Under the pieces are notes generated by a model. The model worked only from the letters and a program-made list of their open reading frames with translations, ran no database searches and had not been told where the DNA came from. Of a DNA stretch of 64,000 bases, positions 40,241-48,237 are shown piece after piece. Position 1 is the stretch's first letter. Each line of letters begins with the position of its first letter. The DNA lies in contig MEEF01000004.1 of the NCBI GenBank assembly GCA_001724355.1, positions 6,121-70,120 of the forward strand. Direction: 5' to 3'. The position numbers and the translations under genes are program-made. This DNA is from Mesorhizobium sp. SCN 65-20. GTDB lineage: Bacteria > Pseudomonadota > Alphaproteobacteria > Rhizobiales > Rhizobiaceae.

Positions 40241-41752
40241 ATGCCCCGGTCGATAAAGCTGCAGCCTGCCGACAATGTCGTGCTGGCGATCGACGCGTTC
40301 GCAGCCGGCGACGAAGTTCTCGGCGTCCGGGCTGCGGAGCGTGTTCCGCGCGGTCACAAGATGGCGCTGGCGGACATCGCCGAAGGCGACAAGGTCGTGA
40401 AGTACGGCCAGATCATCGGGTTCGCGTCGCAGCCGATATCCGCCGGCGATTGGGTTCACGAACACAACGTTCTGATGCACGACTTCGAGCGCGACTACCA
40501 GTTTTGCGCCGGCCGCACCGACGGCGAATTCGTGCCTCCCGCCCAGCGCCGGACGTTCCAAGGGTTCCGCCGCGCCAACGGCAAGGTCGGCACCCGCAAC
40601 TATGTGGCAGTGCTCACTTCGGTGAATTGCTCGGCGACGGCCGCCCGCCACATCGCCGGCGAGGTCGAGAAAAGCGGTGCTCTCGATGACTATCCCGAGG
40701 TCGACGGCGTGATCTCGCTGGTGCACGGCACCGGTTGCGCGATCGACTCGAAGGGCGAGGCCTACGACGTCTTGGCGCGCACTCAGTTGGGATATGCGAC
40801 AAACCCGAATGTCGGCGCCGTGCTGATGCTCGGGCTCGGTTGCGAGGCCTTCCAGATTCCGCGCTGGAAGGAGACATACGGCTTGGTCGAGAATGACGCC
40901 TTCCGCACGTTGACCATCCAGGAGGTCGGTGGCACGCGCAAGACCGTTGAAGCCGGCGTCAGGGCGGTGCTTGAAATGTTGCCCACGGTCAATCGCGCCC
41001 GGCGGGAAACCATTCCTGCCTCCGAGTTGATACTTGCACTCCAGTGCGGCGGTTCCGATGGCTATTCCGGCATCACCGCCAATCCGGCCCTCGGCGTTGC
41101 CGTCGATCTTCTCGTCTCCCAGGGCGGGACCGCGGTCCTTTCGGAGACGCCCGAGATCTATGGTGCGGAACATCTGCTGACACGCCGCGCACAAACCCGG
41201 GAGGTCGGGGAAAAGCTCGTCGAGCGGATCCGCTGGTGGGAGGACTACACCGCCCGCAACCACATGCAGATGAACAACAACCCGTCGCCAGGAAACAAGG
41301 CCGGCGGACTGACGACGATCCTCGAAAAGGCGCTCGGCGCCGCCGCCAAGGGCGGCTCGACCACGCTGGTGGATGTGTTCAACTACGCCGATCCGATCAC
41401 CGCGCGTGGCCTGGTCTTCATGGACACCCCTGGCTACGACCCCGTATCGGCCACGGGCCAGGTGGCGGGCGGCGCCAACATCTTGTGCTTCACCACCGGA
41501 CGCGGCTCGGCCTTCGGCTGCAAGCCAGTGCCGTCGATCAAGCTCGCATCCAACAGCTTCCTCTACGACAGCATGCGCGAGGACATGGACATCAATTGCG
41601 GCGACATCCTCGACGGCGTGTCGCTCGCAGCGAAGGGCGAAGAGATCCTGGACGAGATCCTGAGGGTAGCCTCCGGCGCCCGAACCAAATCCGAGCAGCT
41701 TGGCTATGGCGACAACGAGTTCGTCCCCTGGCAGATAGGCGCGACGATGTAG
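40241..41752 (+). CDS. uxaA: Altronate dehydratase family protein (SAF plus dehydratase domain, fused)
   Basis: GHK.AL..I..G..V.KYG, GTRN, QCGGSDG.SG.TANP, NPSPGNK.GG, FTTGRGS. Confidence 0.8.
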   Translation: MPRSIKLQPADNVVLAIDAFAAGDEVLGVRAAERVPRGHKMALADIAEGDKVVKYGQIIGFASQPISAGDWVHEHNVLMHDFERDYQFCAGRTDGEFVPPAQRRTFQGFRRANGKVGTRNYVAVLTSVNCSATAARHIAGEVEKSGALDDYPEVDGVISLVHGTGCAIDSKGEAYDVLARTQLGYATNPNVGAVLMLGLGCEAFQIPRWKETYGLVENDAFRTLTIQEVGGTRKTVEAGVRAVLEMLPTVNRARRETIPASELILALQCGGSDGYSGITANPALGVAVDLLVSQGGTAVLSETPEIYGAEHLLTRRAQTREVGEKLVERIRWWEDYTARNHMQMNNNPSPGNKAGGLTTILEKALGAAAKGGSTTLVDVFNYADPITARGLVFMDTPGYDPVSATGQVAGGANILCFTTGRGSAFGCKPVPSIKLASNSFLYDSMREDMDINCGDILDGVSLAAKGEEILDEILRVASGARTKSEQLGYGDNEFVPWQIGATM

Positions 41753-42014
41753 CGTCGGGGCTCTTCGTTCCGGTGAACCCAGCCGTTTACGAGAGGCTCG
41801 TTCCAGGTGTTGAGGTGCACCGCCTCGCAAAAACGAGACCATGCCGCGCTCTCAATGCCCCTGAGGTTCCGTGCCTCGAGCAGGAGAACGCCCAAGGCCC
41901 AGGCGAAAACGATCCGCATTTGCTCTTGCGCAAACAGGCTCCTCGGCAACGGGGGTACGCTTGACCGAAACGTGCAAGTGGCCTGAGGAACAGCAATTGA
42001 GTGCGGGCGCCAGA

Positions 42015-42413
42015 ATGTCGTGGACGTCGGGCAAGCGGACGGGGAAGGCATCGACCGATGCCCTGCGCTGGCCCTTGCTCTGCATGGCGGTCCTGCTTGT
42101 CGTGTCGGCCCTGCTTTATGGCGGGGGACACGCGCATGCGTTTCCGTCCGAGCAGACGCATCACGCTTTGCAGGAATCCAGGTCGCCCGCTGACCCTTCT
42201 CTAGGGCATGACGATGCGTGTGACGAACAAGGTTCGGCTGGCAGCGACATCTGCCTGTCGGGCGTGGGCTGCGCCATATGTGCTCCGATGCCTGCAATCG
42301 GATTTGCGGGTGCCCAGAAGCGCGAGGCCATCGGCATCACCCACTTGCCATCGAGGATGCCGGCAGAGGCTCAGGGGCAGCTACGCCCCCCAAGGTTCTT
42401 CCTGAACACCTGA
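42015..42413 (+). CDS. Putative metal-sensing leader ORF (DUF2946/CopL/CutF-like architecture)
   Basis: Hydrophobic N-terminal segment ending AHA, His residues, CAIC, C-terminal LRPPR; start uncertain. Confidence 0.65.
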   Translation: MSWTSGKRTGKASTDALRWPLLCMAVLLVVSALLYGGGHAHAFPSEQTHHALQESRSPADPSLGHDDACDEQGSAGSDICLSGVGCAICAPMPAIGFAGAQKREAIGITHLPSRMPAEAQGQLRPPRFFLNT

Positions 42414-42540
42414 GCGCACGGACTTCGGTTCGTACGTCGCCCGATGCTTCCGCCAAGCGAGATGACCTCGATGCGGAGGCCTCCGGGATCTGGGCGCTGT
42501 TCGTCCAGCGCAAACCCATCAAATTCAGGAATTGACCATC

Positions 42541-43683
42541 ATGACAAAGAAATCGAATTTCTCCGCAGTTTCACGCGAGCCGATGACCATCTCGAGGCGC
42601 CTTGCGATGCTGGCGCTTGCGACCGCATCGGTCATGGCCCTTGCGGTATCGTTTGCGCCAACCGCCCTGGCGGAGCCTGCCGCCGCGGGTTTCGTCTACA
42701 CGGCTGACGAATTTGGAAACACCGTAAGCCGTATCGAACTGGCGACCGGAAAGGTCGACACCATCCCGGTCAAGATCACGCCGCACAACGTCCAGTTCGT
42801 CGCGAAAGGCAACCTGCTTCTTGCCGTCGGCGTGCCGGTCTCTGACGACGCAGGAGGGGCGCATGGCGGGGGCGACACCCACGGCAACGACAATGCCGGC
42901 CATGGCGGGGACGGTCATGGCGAGGCGAGCCCGGCGGGCAACCTGATCCTGCTCGACGCGACCAAGTTCTCTTCAGGACCCAACGCCCCGATCGCTACCG
43001 GCGGACATCCCGCCCATGTGATCGCCGATGCCGAAGGCAAGTTTGCCTACGTCTCGAACTCCGAGGACGACACGGTGTCGATCATCGACATCGCGAAGGG
43101 AGAGGCAGTCGCCGCCGTGCCCACCGGCAAGTATCCGCACGGCCTGCGGATGAGCCCGGACGGCAAGGCCGTCTACGTCGCCAACGTCGAGGACGGCAGC
43201 GTCTCCGTGATCGACACCGCCTCGCGTTCCGAAAAGGGCAGGATCAAGGTCGGATCGGCTCCCGTACAGGTCGGCTTCACTCCCGACGGCAGTCGCGTCT
43301 ACGTCTCGCTGCGTGACGAGAACAAAGTGGCGGTGATCGATACGGCCAGCCAGGAGGTCACTGCGCGCATCGACGTCGGCCGCGCTCCGATCCAGGTACA
43401 CGCAACCCCCGACGGTCGCTTCGTCTACGTCGCGAACCAGGGTAGCGAGGCAAATCCCGACAATACCGTCTCGGTGATCGACGTTGCCGGCGGAAGTGTC
43501 GTGAAGACGATCGAGACGGGCGCAGGGGCGCATGGCGTCACCGTGAGCGGCGACGGCGCTTTTGTCTTTGTCAGCAACATCGTTGACGGCACGGTTTCGG
43601 AGATTTCGGTCGAAAGCCAATCGGTCGTTCGGGACTATCGGGTGGGCAAGGGCCCCAACGGCATCACTTTCCAGGCTCGATAA
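42541..43683 (+). CDS. YncE/YVTN-type beta-propeller periplasmic protein with His/Gly-rich loop
   Basis: Repeats PDG..VYV.N....VSVID; AHGGGDTHGNDNAGHGGDGHG insert. Confidence 0.88.
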   Translation: MTKKSNFSAVSREPMTISRRLAMLALATASVMALAVSFAPTALAEPAAAGFVYTADEFGNTVSRIELATGKVDTIPVKITPHNVQFVAKGNLLLAVGVPVSDDAGGAHGGGDTHGNDNAGHGGDGHGEASPAGNLILLDATKFSSGPNAPIATGGHPAHVIADAEGKFAYVSNSEDDTVSIIDIAKGEAVAAVPTGKYPHGLRMSPDGKAVYVANVEDGSVSVIDTASRSEKGRIKVGSAPVQVGFTPDGSRVYVSLRDENKVAVIDTASQEVTARIDVGRAPIQVHATPDGRFVYVANQGSEANPDNTVSVIDVAGGSVVKTIETGAGAHGVTVSGDGAFVFVSNIVDGTVSEISVESQSVVRDYRVGKGPNGITFQAR

Positions 43684-43731
43684 GCAAAGACCGAACGGCC
43701 AACACCAACCTCAAGACAGAGGATCAAGACA

Positions 43732-44298
43732 ATGACAATCATCGCAAAGGGACTTCTGGCAGCGGCCCTGCTGCTTTCCGCACCCGCATTCGCCGAGGAA
43801 GCCCATCACCAGCCTTCCGCAACCGCGGGAGCACCCGCAAGCGAAACTGTACCCGCAGACGGTATGGACGCCATGCCTGGCGGCAAGGCTCCGGGGATGA
43901 TGGGCGGGGACATGATGAAGGAAATGAAGGGACGACATGCCGAGATGATGGGCGGCGCCAAGGCCATGCAGGACATGATGTCGCCCGAGCGGATCGAAGG
44001 CCGGATCGCTTTTCTGCGCGCCGAACTGAAGATCACCGACGCCCAGGAGACGTTGTGGGTGCCGGTGGCTGAAGCACTGCGGTCCAACGCCTCGAAGGGA
44101 GGGATGGCCGCAACGATGCGGCCTGAGGGCGCCGGGAAGCGCCTGCCGCAAAGGCTGGCGGACATGGAACGCATGGCCTCGTCACATCTGGACGCGCTGC
44201 GGCGCCTGAATGCTGCGATCGCACCATTGTATGAGGTCCTCGAGGAGAAGCAGAAGGATACCGCCGACGATCTGCTGCTGCCGATGGGGATGATGTAA
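43732..44298 (+). CDS. Met-rich periplasmic protein, Spy/CpxP (LTXXQ)-like
   Basis: Signal peptide; IEGRIAFLRAELKITDAQ; PLY.VL...QK..AD.L. Confidence 0.8.
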   Translation: MTIIAKGLLAAALLLSAPAFAEEAHHQPSATAGAPASETVPADGMDAMPGGKAPGMMGGDMMKEMKGRHAEMMGGAKAMQDMMSPERIEGRIAFLRAELKITDAQETLWVPVAEALRSNASKGGMAATMRPEGAGKRLPQRLADMERMASSHLDALRRLNAAIAPLYEVLEEKQKDTADDLLLPMGMM

Positions 44299-44308
44299 GC
44301 AGCATTGT

Positions 44309-44342
44309 CCCTCCCGGCGGGTCGCAAGCCTCGCCGGGAGGG
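44309..44342 (+). terminator. GC-rich hairpin ending the metal-related operon
   Basis: CCCTCCCGGCG...CGCCGGGAGGG with GCAA loop; no U tract. Confidence 0.5.
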
Positions 44343-44690
44343 GCTGTCCGGACCTCCGACATGCGGAAGCCCTTGAAACACGTTTTCCGCCATTTCTCCG
44401 GCTACCTTGAGAGGCGCCGAACGGTCGGCAATACTGCTGCCTCATCGTGAAGAATGCGACGACCAATCGGTCTTGACGGCCGGTCAGCGATGAAATTCCA
44501 TCGGTTGAACGGCTCTGTTGCAAGCAGGTCGACACGTTGATCGGGTCGCGAGCAGGCGACATGAAAGGTGCATCCCACTGCCGAAGTGCCTGAACGCAGG
44601 CAGTGGCTTGCCTTATCTCGACCTGAAATGGACTGCTTGCTTTGCCGGGCCGCCGAACTGTCCATGACAACGCCAGCGAGGGAGGAGAAC

Positions 44691-45467
44691 ATGACAGCTG
44701 ATTTCATGCCGAAGTTCAGCCTGGACGGCAAGACGGTTCTGGTGACGGGCGCGTCACGCGGAATTGGCCGGGCCTGTGCGCTGGCCTGCGCGGGCAGCGG
44801 CGCGGACGTCATCGTCGGCGTGCGCGATCCCGGCGGCTGTACCGACCTCACCGACGCGATCTCGCAATTTGGCAGACGCGCCCTGGCCGTGCGCATGGAT
44901 CTGTCCGACCTTTCCTCGGTGCGAGCCGCCGTTGCGACCGCCGAGAGCGAGTTCGGGCGTATCGACGTTCTGGTCAACAATGTCGGCGTCGGACCCGAGA
45001 ACCTGGCCGAGAACGTCACCGAGGCGGATTTCGACTATACGGTAGGCATCAACCTGAAGGGCACGTTCTTCACCTCCCAGGCGGTGGCGCGGCAGATGAT
45101 GGCGCGGAAGTCGGGCCGCATCATCAACATCAGCTCCCAGGCCGGCAGCGTGGTGCTCAAGGGCGAGGCCATCTACTGCATGACCAAGGCGGCGATAAAC
45201 CACCTGACGCGCTGCCTAGCGCACGAATGGGCGCCCTACGGCATCGCCGTGAACAGTGTCGCGCCGACCTTCATCTGGACCGACGGCACACGCCCCAGCC
45301 TTGCCGATCCCGAATTCCACGCGCATGTGCTCGGCCACATCCCGCTCGGACGTATCGGCGATCCGGTCGATGTGGCGGGGGCGGTGGTCTACCTCGCATC
45401 CCCGGCTGCAGCGCTGGTCACGGGCGCAAGCCTGCTCGTCGACGGCGGCTGGTCAGTCGCCGGCTAG
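44691..45467 (+). CDS. SDR family oxidoreductase
   Basis: GGAGGAG RBS; TGASRGIG, YCMTK, VDGGW. Confidence 0.92.
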   Translation: MTADFMPKFSLDGKTVLVTGASRGIGRACALACAGSGADVIVGVRDPGGCTDLTDAISQFGRRALAVRMDLSDLSSVRAAVATAESEFGRIDVLVNNVGVGPENLAENVTEADFDYTVGINLKGTFFTSQAVARQMMARKSGRIINISSQAGSVVLKGEAIYCMTKAAINHLTRCLAHEWAPYGIAVNSVAPTFIWTDGTRPSLADPEFHAHVLGHIPLGRIGDPVDVAGAVVYLASPAAALVTGASLLVDGGWSVAG

Positions 45468-45496
45468 GGCAGGCGATCGGTACCGCGCGCTGCGGA

Positions 45497-45784
45497 TCAG
45501 CCGCAGGATGCCCGGATGATCTTGCCCGTCGCCGGATCGGTCTCGATCGTGACGCGTTCCTGACGGAAATCCATCGTTGCGGGCGCGCCCGGCTTGAGCT
45601 GCCGGACCATGGTCGCACCGGTCAACTGCATTGCCTGCTGGTCGGTGATCCGGTCCTTGCCGGCCAGGGCTTCGGCCGCTTCCCGATTGCACACGCCGGC
45701 CTGGGGCGCTGTGACTGCCGGCTCGTTCTGGCAGCCGGCCAAAAGGAGGGCGGTTGTGGCCAGGCCTGCGAGACGCACGATCAT
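45497..45784 (-). CDS. Peptidase inhibitor I78 family lipoprotein
   Basis: LLAGC lipobox; TMDFRQERVTI...CG. Confidence 0.8.
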   Translation of the reverse strand: MIVRLAGLATTALLLAGCQNEPAVTAPQAGVCNREAAEALAGKDRITDQQAMQLTGATMVRQLKPGAPATMDFRQERVTIETDPATGKIIRASCG

Positions 45785-45859
45785 TGGGATGGTCCTTTCA
45801 GATTCGCTGATAGGGCGAACAATCAAGCCAATGCGGCGGCAGCAAGACCGACATAGCCA

Positions 45860-45952
45860 TAAAAAGGCCCGCGCCGAATGGGGATACGGCGCGGGCGAGC
45901 TGGCTAGACTGCACCGGGTGCAATCGGCGAAGCGGTTGCAACCAGTCAGCCC
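45860..45952 (-). ncRNA. Candidate small RNA: long hairpin plus intrinsic terminator
   Basis: Minus strand GGCTGACTG...CAGTCTAGCC hairpin, then GCCCGCGCCG-tatccccatt-CGGCGCGGGC-CTTTTT. Confidence 0.45.
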
Positions 45953-46064
45953 ATCTTAGCCAGGTCCGGCGACGGTCCTTTGCGCTGGATCAAATAGCGA
46001 GCATCAGGCTCATCGTGCCCGACTGCCGCCGAGTGGGAGACTTTGGTAGCTCTGCGACAGCCGA

Positions 46065-46556
46065 TCACCGGAGCGCTTCGGCCCTGAGCTGGTAGGCGCG
46101 CTCGAATTCGGCATGTGCCTTCAGGATGTCCTCGGGCCAGGTCGACTTGATGTAGGACAGGACTGCGACGATGTCGTCGTCGGGCAGGACCCCGACGAAG
46201 GCCGGCATGCTCGACCTGTAGTCCTTGATGTTGGCGCCTTCCGCCATGCCGAGCTTGGTGATGTCGAAAAGGAGCTTGTCCGCATGATGCCAGGTGTGGC
46301 CGTCCCGGTCGTGCGGCGGGGCGGGCAGGTATCCGTCCTTGTCCGGCGTCTGCCAGTCGGGCTGGCCTTGCAGATTGGCGCCGTGGCATGCTGCGCAATA
46401 GCCGAGGTAGATCGCCTTGCCGCGAGCAACCACCTGCGCGTTCTCCGGTTCGAGAAGACCTCCGCGGTCGCCTGAAAGCAACACGAATGCCACTGCCGCA
46501 GCTGCCGCCAGACCGACGGCGCCAAGAACTACGAACCGCCATCCACCAATGCGCAT
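46065..46556 (-). CDS. Monoheme cytochrome c
   Basis: CAACH, PAPPHD..GHTWHH, MPAF; N-terminal anchor. Confidence 0.9.
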   Translation of the reverse strand: MRIGGWRFVVLGAVGLAAAAAVAFVLLSGDRGGLLEPENAQVVARGKAIYLGYCAACHGANLQGQPDWQTPDKDGYLPAPPHDRDGHTWHHADKLLFDITKLGMAEGANIKDYRSSMPAFVGVLPDDDIVAVLSYIKSTWPEDILKAHAEFERAYQLRAEALR

Positions 46557-46705
46557 TTTTCTATCTCATCCATCTGTTCGCGCGAAACTCGTCTGTGACA
46601 CCTTGGCGGGGTCAGGTCAAAGGCAAGTATTGCCCGGAGGGGCGGAAATGCGGGTTCCAGGAGTGGGAGGAAAGGCCAGGCAAGAAGTTCGGGGGAAAGC
46701 AAAAT

Positions 46706-46713
46706 TTAACCAT
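46706..46713 (+). promoter_or_regulatory. TTAACCAT CtrA-type motif
   Basis: Exact octamer in an AT-rich patch upstream of the DUF2778 gene. Confidence 0.4.
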
Positions 46714-46830
46714 ATTTGTCCATCCTTGCTCGGGTCACTCGTTCAAGTTGGGGACAATCCGGACGTCACGCAGCCGCGGTCGCTTGCCGACCCGGAGACC
46801 TATGTTGGCTAGCCGGCTTGATACGCATCA

Positions 46831-48159
46831 GTGAGTAAGATCGTTCCTGCGAATTCATTGCGGCGCCTGCTGCGTCCGCTGCTGATCGCCTCCGTCGGCA
46901 CCGTCATGGCAGGCGTGAGCGTGTGGTCGGTGGCCGGCCTGGTGGCAACTGCCAATTCAAGCGCCTTCGGCGCGGGCCATTTGTTGCCCGGCCCCCGAAC
47001 CTCTGCGCCGCAGCGAGGCGAGGCGCGCGTGCCTGTCGCCTATGTCAGCACCGACAAGGGCCCGAGGCATATCATCGCCGGGGCGCGGCCCGTCGTGGCC
47101 GCAAGCCTGACCGGCGCCCACGGCAAGTCCGCACGCCATCTGGAGGTTGCGGCGCAGTCAGCAGGCGTCAACGCGGCGCGTTTCGATGCCGTCGCCAAGC
47201 GGGCAGGGCTGACGTCTGGGAAACTCGCCGGCCTGTTCGGAACACACGGCAACGAAGATCCACGTGAGCCGGCCGCTACGGTCGCCGAAGCACGTTTCGC
47301 GTCGCCTGCCGACGTCGCCGACCGGTCCCAGATCATGCTCGCCTATGCCGATCCTTCCCCGGGCGGTCCGGTCGACACAGCGCTGTCGGGCTTGCTCGCC
47401 TCCCAGGGCGAGGCGGGCCTCGCGGCACAACAAGATACTGTCGATGACAACGTCGATGCGGCCGCTGAGGGGCCGGTCTTCGAGATAACGCCGTCCGACG
47501 CTCCGCTGCCGGATATTCGCCCGCGTGACGAGCAGGCCCGCGAGCAGGGCGAGGCGGCAACCGAGCCCCAGGTTAACGAACCCAGGACGAACGGGCAGCC
47601 CGTGGCCGGCGAGCCCGCGAAGCCGAAACCGCAAGCAGTGGCCTATGCGCGGCCCAACGATCCGGCGGACGACAGCGCCGGCAAGAGCAACGGCGGCAGC
47701 CTGAGCCAGGCACTCCGGAACATGTTCGGGGGAGGGCAGAGGGCCGGCAACGGCGTTGCCGTTTACGACATCAGCGCCGCCAAGGTCTACATGCCCGACG
47801 GCAGCGTGCTCGAGGCCCATTCCGGCGTCGGCAAGATGGCCGACGATCCGCGCTACGTGAACGTCAAGATGACCGGCCCGACCCCGCCGCATACCTATAA
47901 CCTGCAGATGCGCGAAAAGCGCTTCCACGGCGTCGAGGCGATCCGCATGCTGCCGGTCGACGGCAAGAACAAGTTCGGCCGCGACGGCTTCCTCACCCAC
48001 AGCTACCTGCTGCGCGGGGGCCGGGCGGAATCGCACGGCTGCGTCGCCTTCAAGGACTACGAGCGTTTCCTCACCGCCTTCAAGAAGGGCAAAGTCAGGC
48101 AGCTCGTCGTAGTTCCGAGCGGTGGACGCTCGGGAACTCGGCTGGCCTCGAATGGGTAG
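46831..48159 (+). CDS. DUF2778 / Tlde1 domain protein (L,D-transpeptidase fold)
   Basis: LEAHSG.G, GPTPP, GRDGFLTH, SHGCV; N-terminal hydrophobic segment and low-complexity linker. Confidence 0.82.
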   Translation: MSKIVPANSLRRLLRPLLIASVGTVMAGVSVWSVAGLVATANSSAFGAGHLLPGPRTSAPQRGEARVPVAYVSTDKGPRHIIAGARPVVAASLTGAHGKSARHLEVAAQSAGVNAARFDAVAKRAGLTSGKLAGLFGTHGNEDPREPAATVAEARFASPADVADRSQIMLAYADPSPGGPVDTALSGLLASQGEAGLAAQQDTVDDNVDAAAEGPVFEITPSDAPLPDIRPRDEQAREQGEAATEPQVNEPRTNGQPVAGEPAKPKPQAVAYARPNDPADDSAGKSNGGSLSQALRNMFGGGQRAGNGVAVYDISAAKVYMPDGSVLEAHSGVGKMADDPRYVNVKMTGPTPPHTYNLQMREKRFHGVEAIRMLPVDGKNKFGRDGFLTHSYLLRGGRAESHGCVAFKDYERFLTAFKKGKVRQLVVVPSGGRSGTRLASNG

Positions 48160-48237
48160 CGCCTGAAACGCGAAGCGCCGCCTGAGGGACGGGCATCCTG
48201 TCTGTGCCAGACGATTCTGTCTGGCTGCAAAAATGCT

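Noticed and set aside
40241-41752. UxaA-family gene as sulfolactate sulfo-lyase SuyAB, given the SQ context
   Set aside because: It is a single fused polypeptide in a kduID-kdgF operon, and the SMO route does not produce sulfolactate; a hexuronate dehydratase is more parsimonious
46590-46625. TTGACC...AAGGT upstream of cytochrome c as a CueR box
   Set aside because: Palindrome length and arms do not fit ACCTTCC-N7-GGAAGGT
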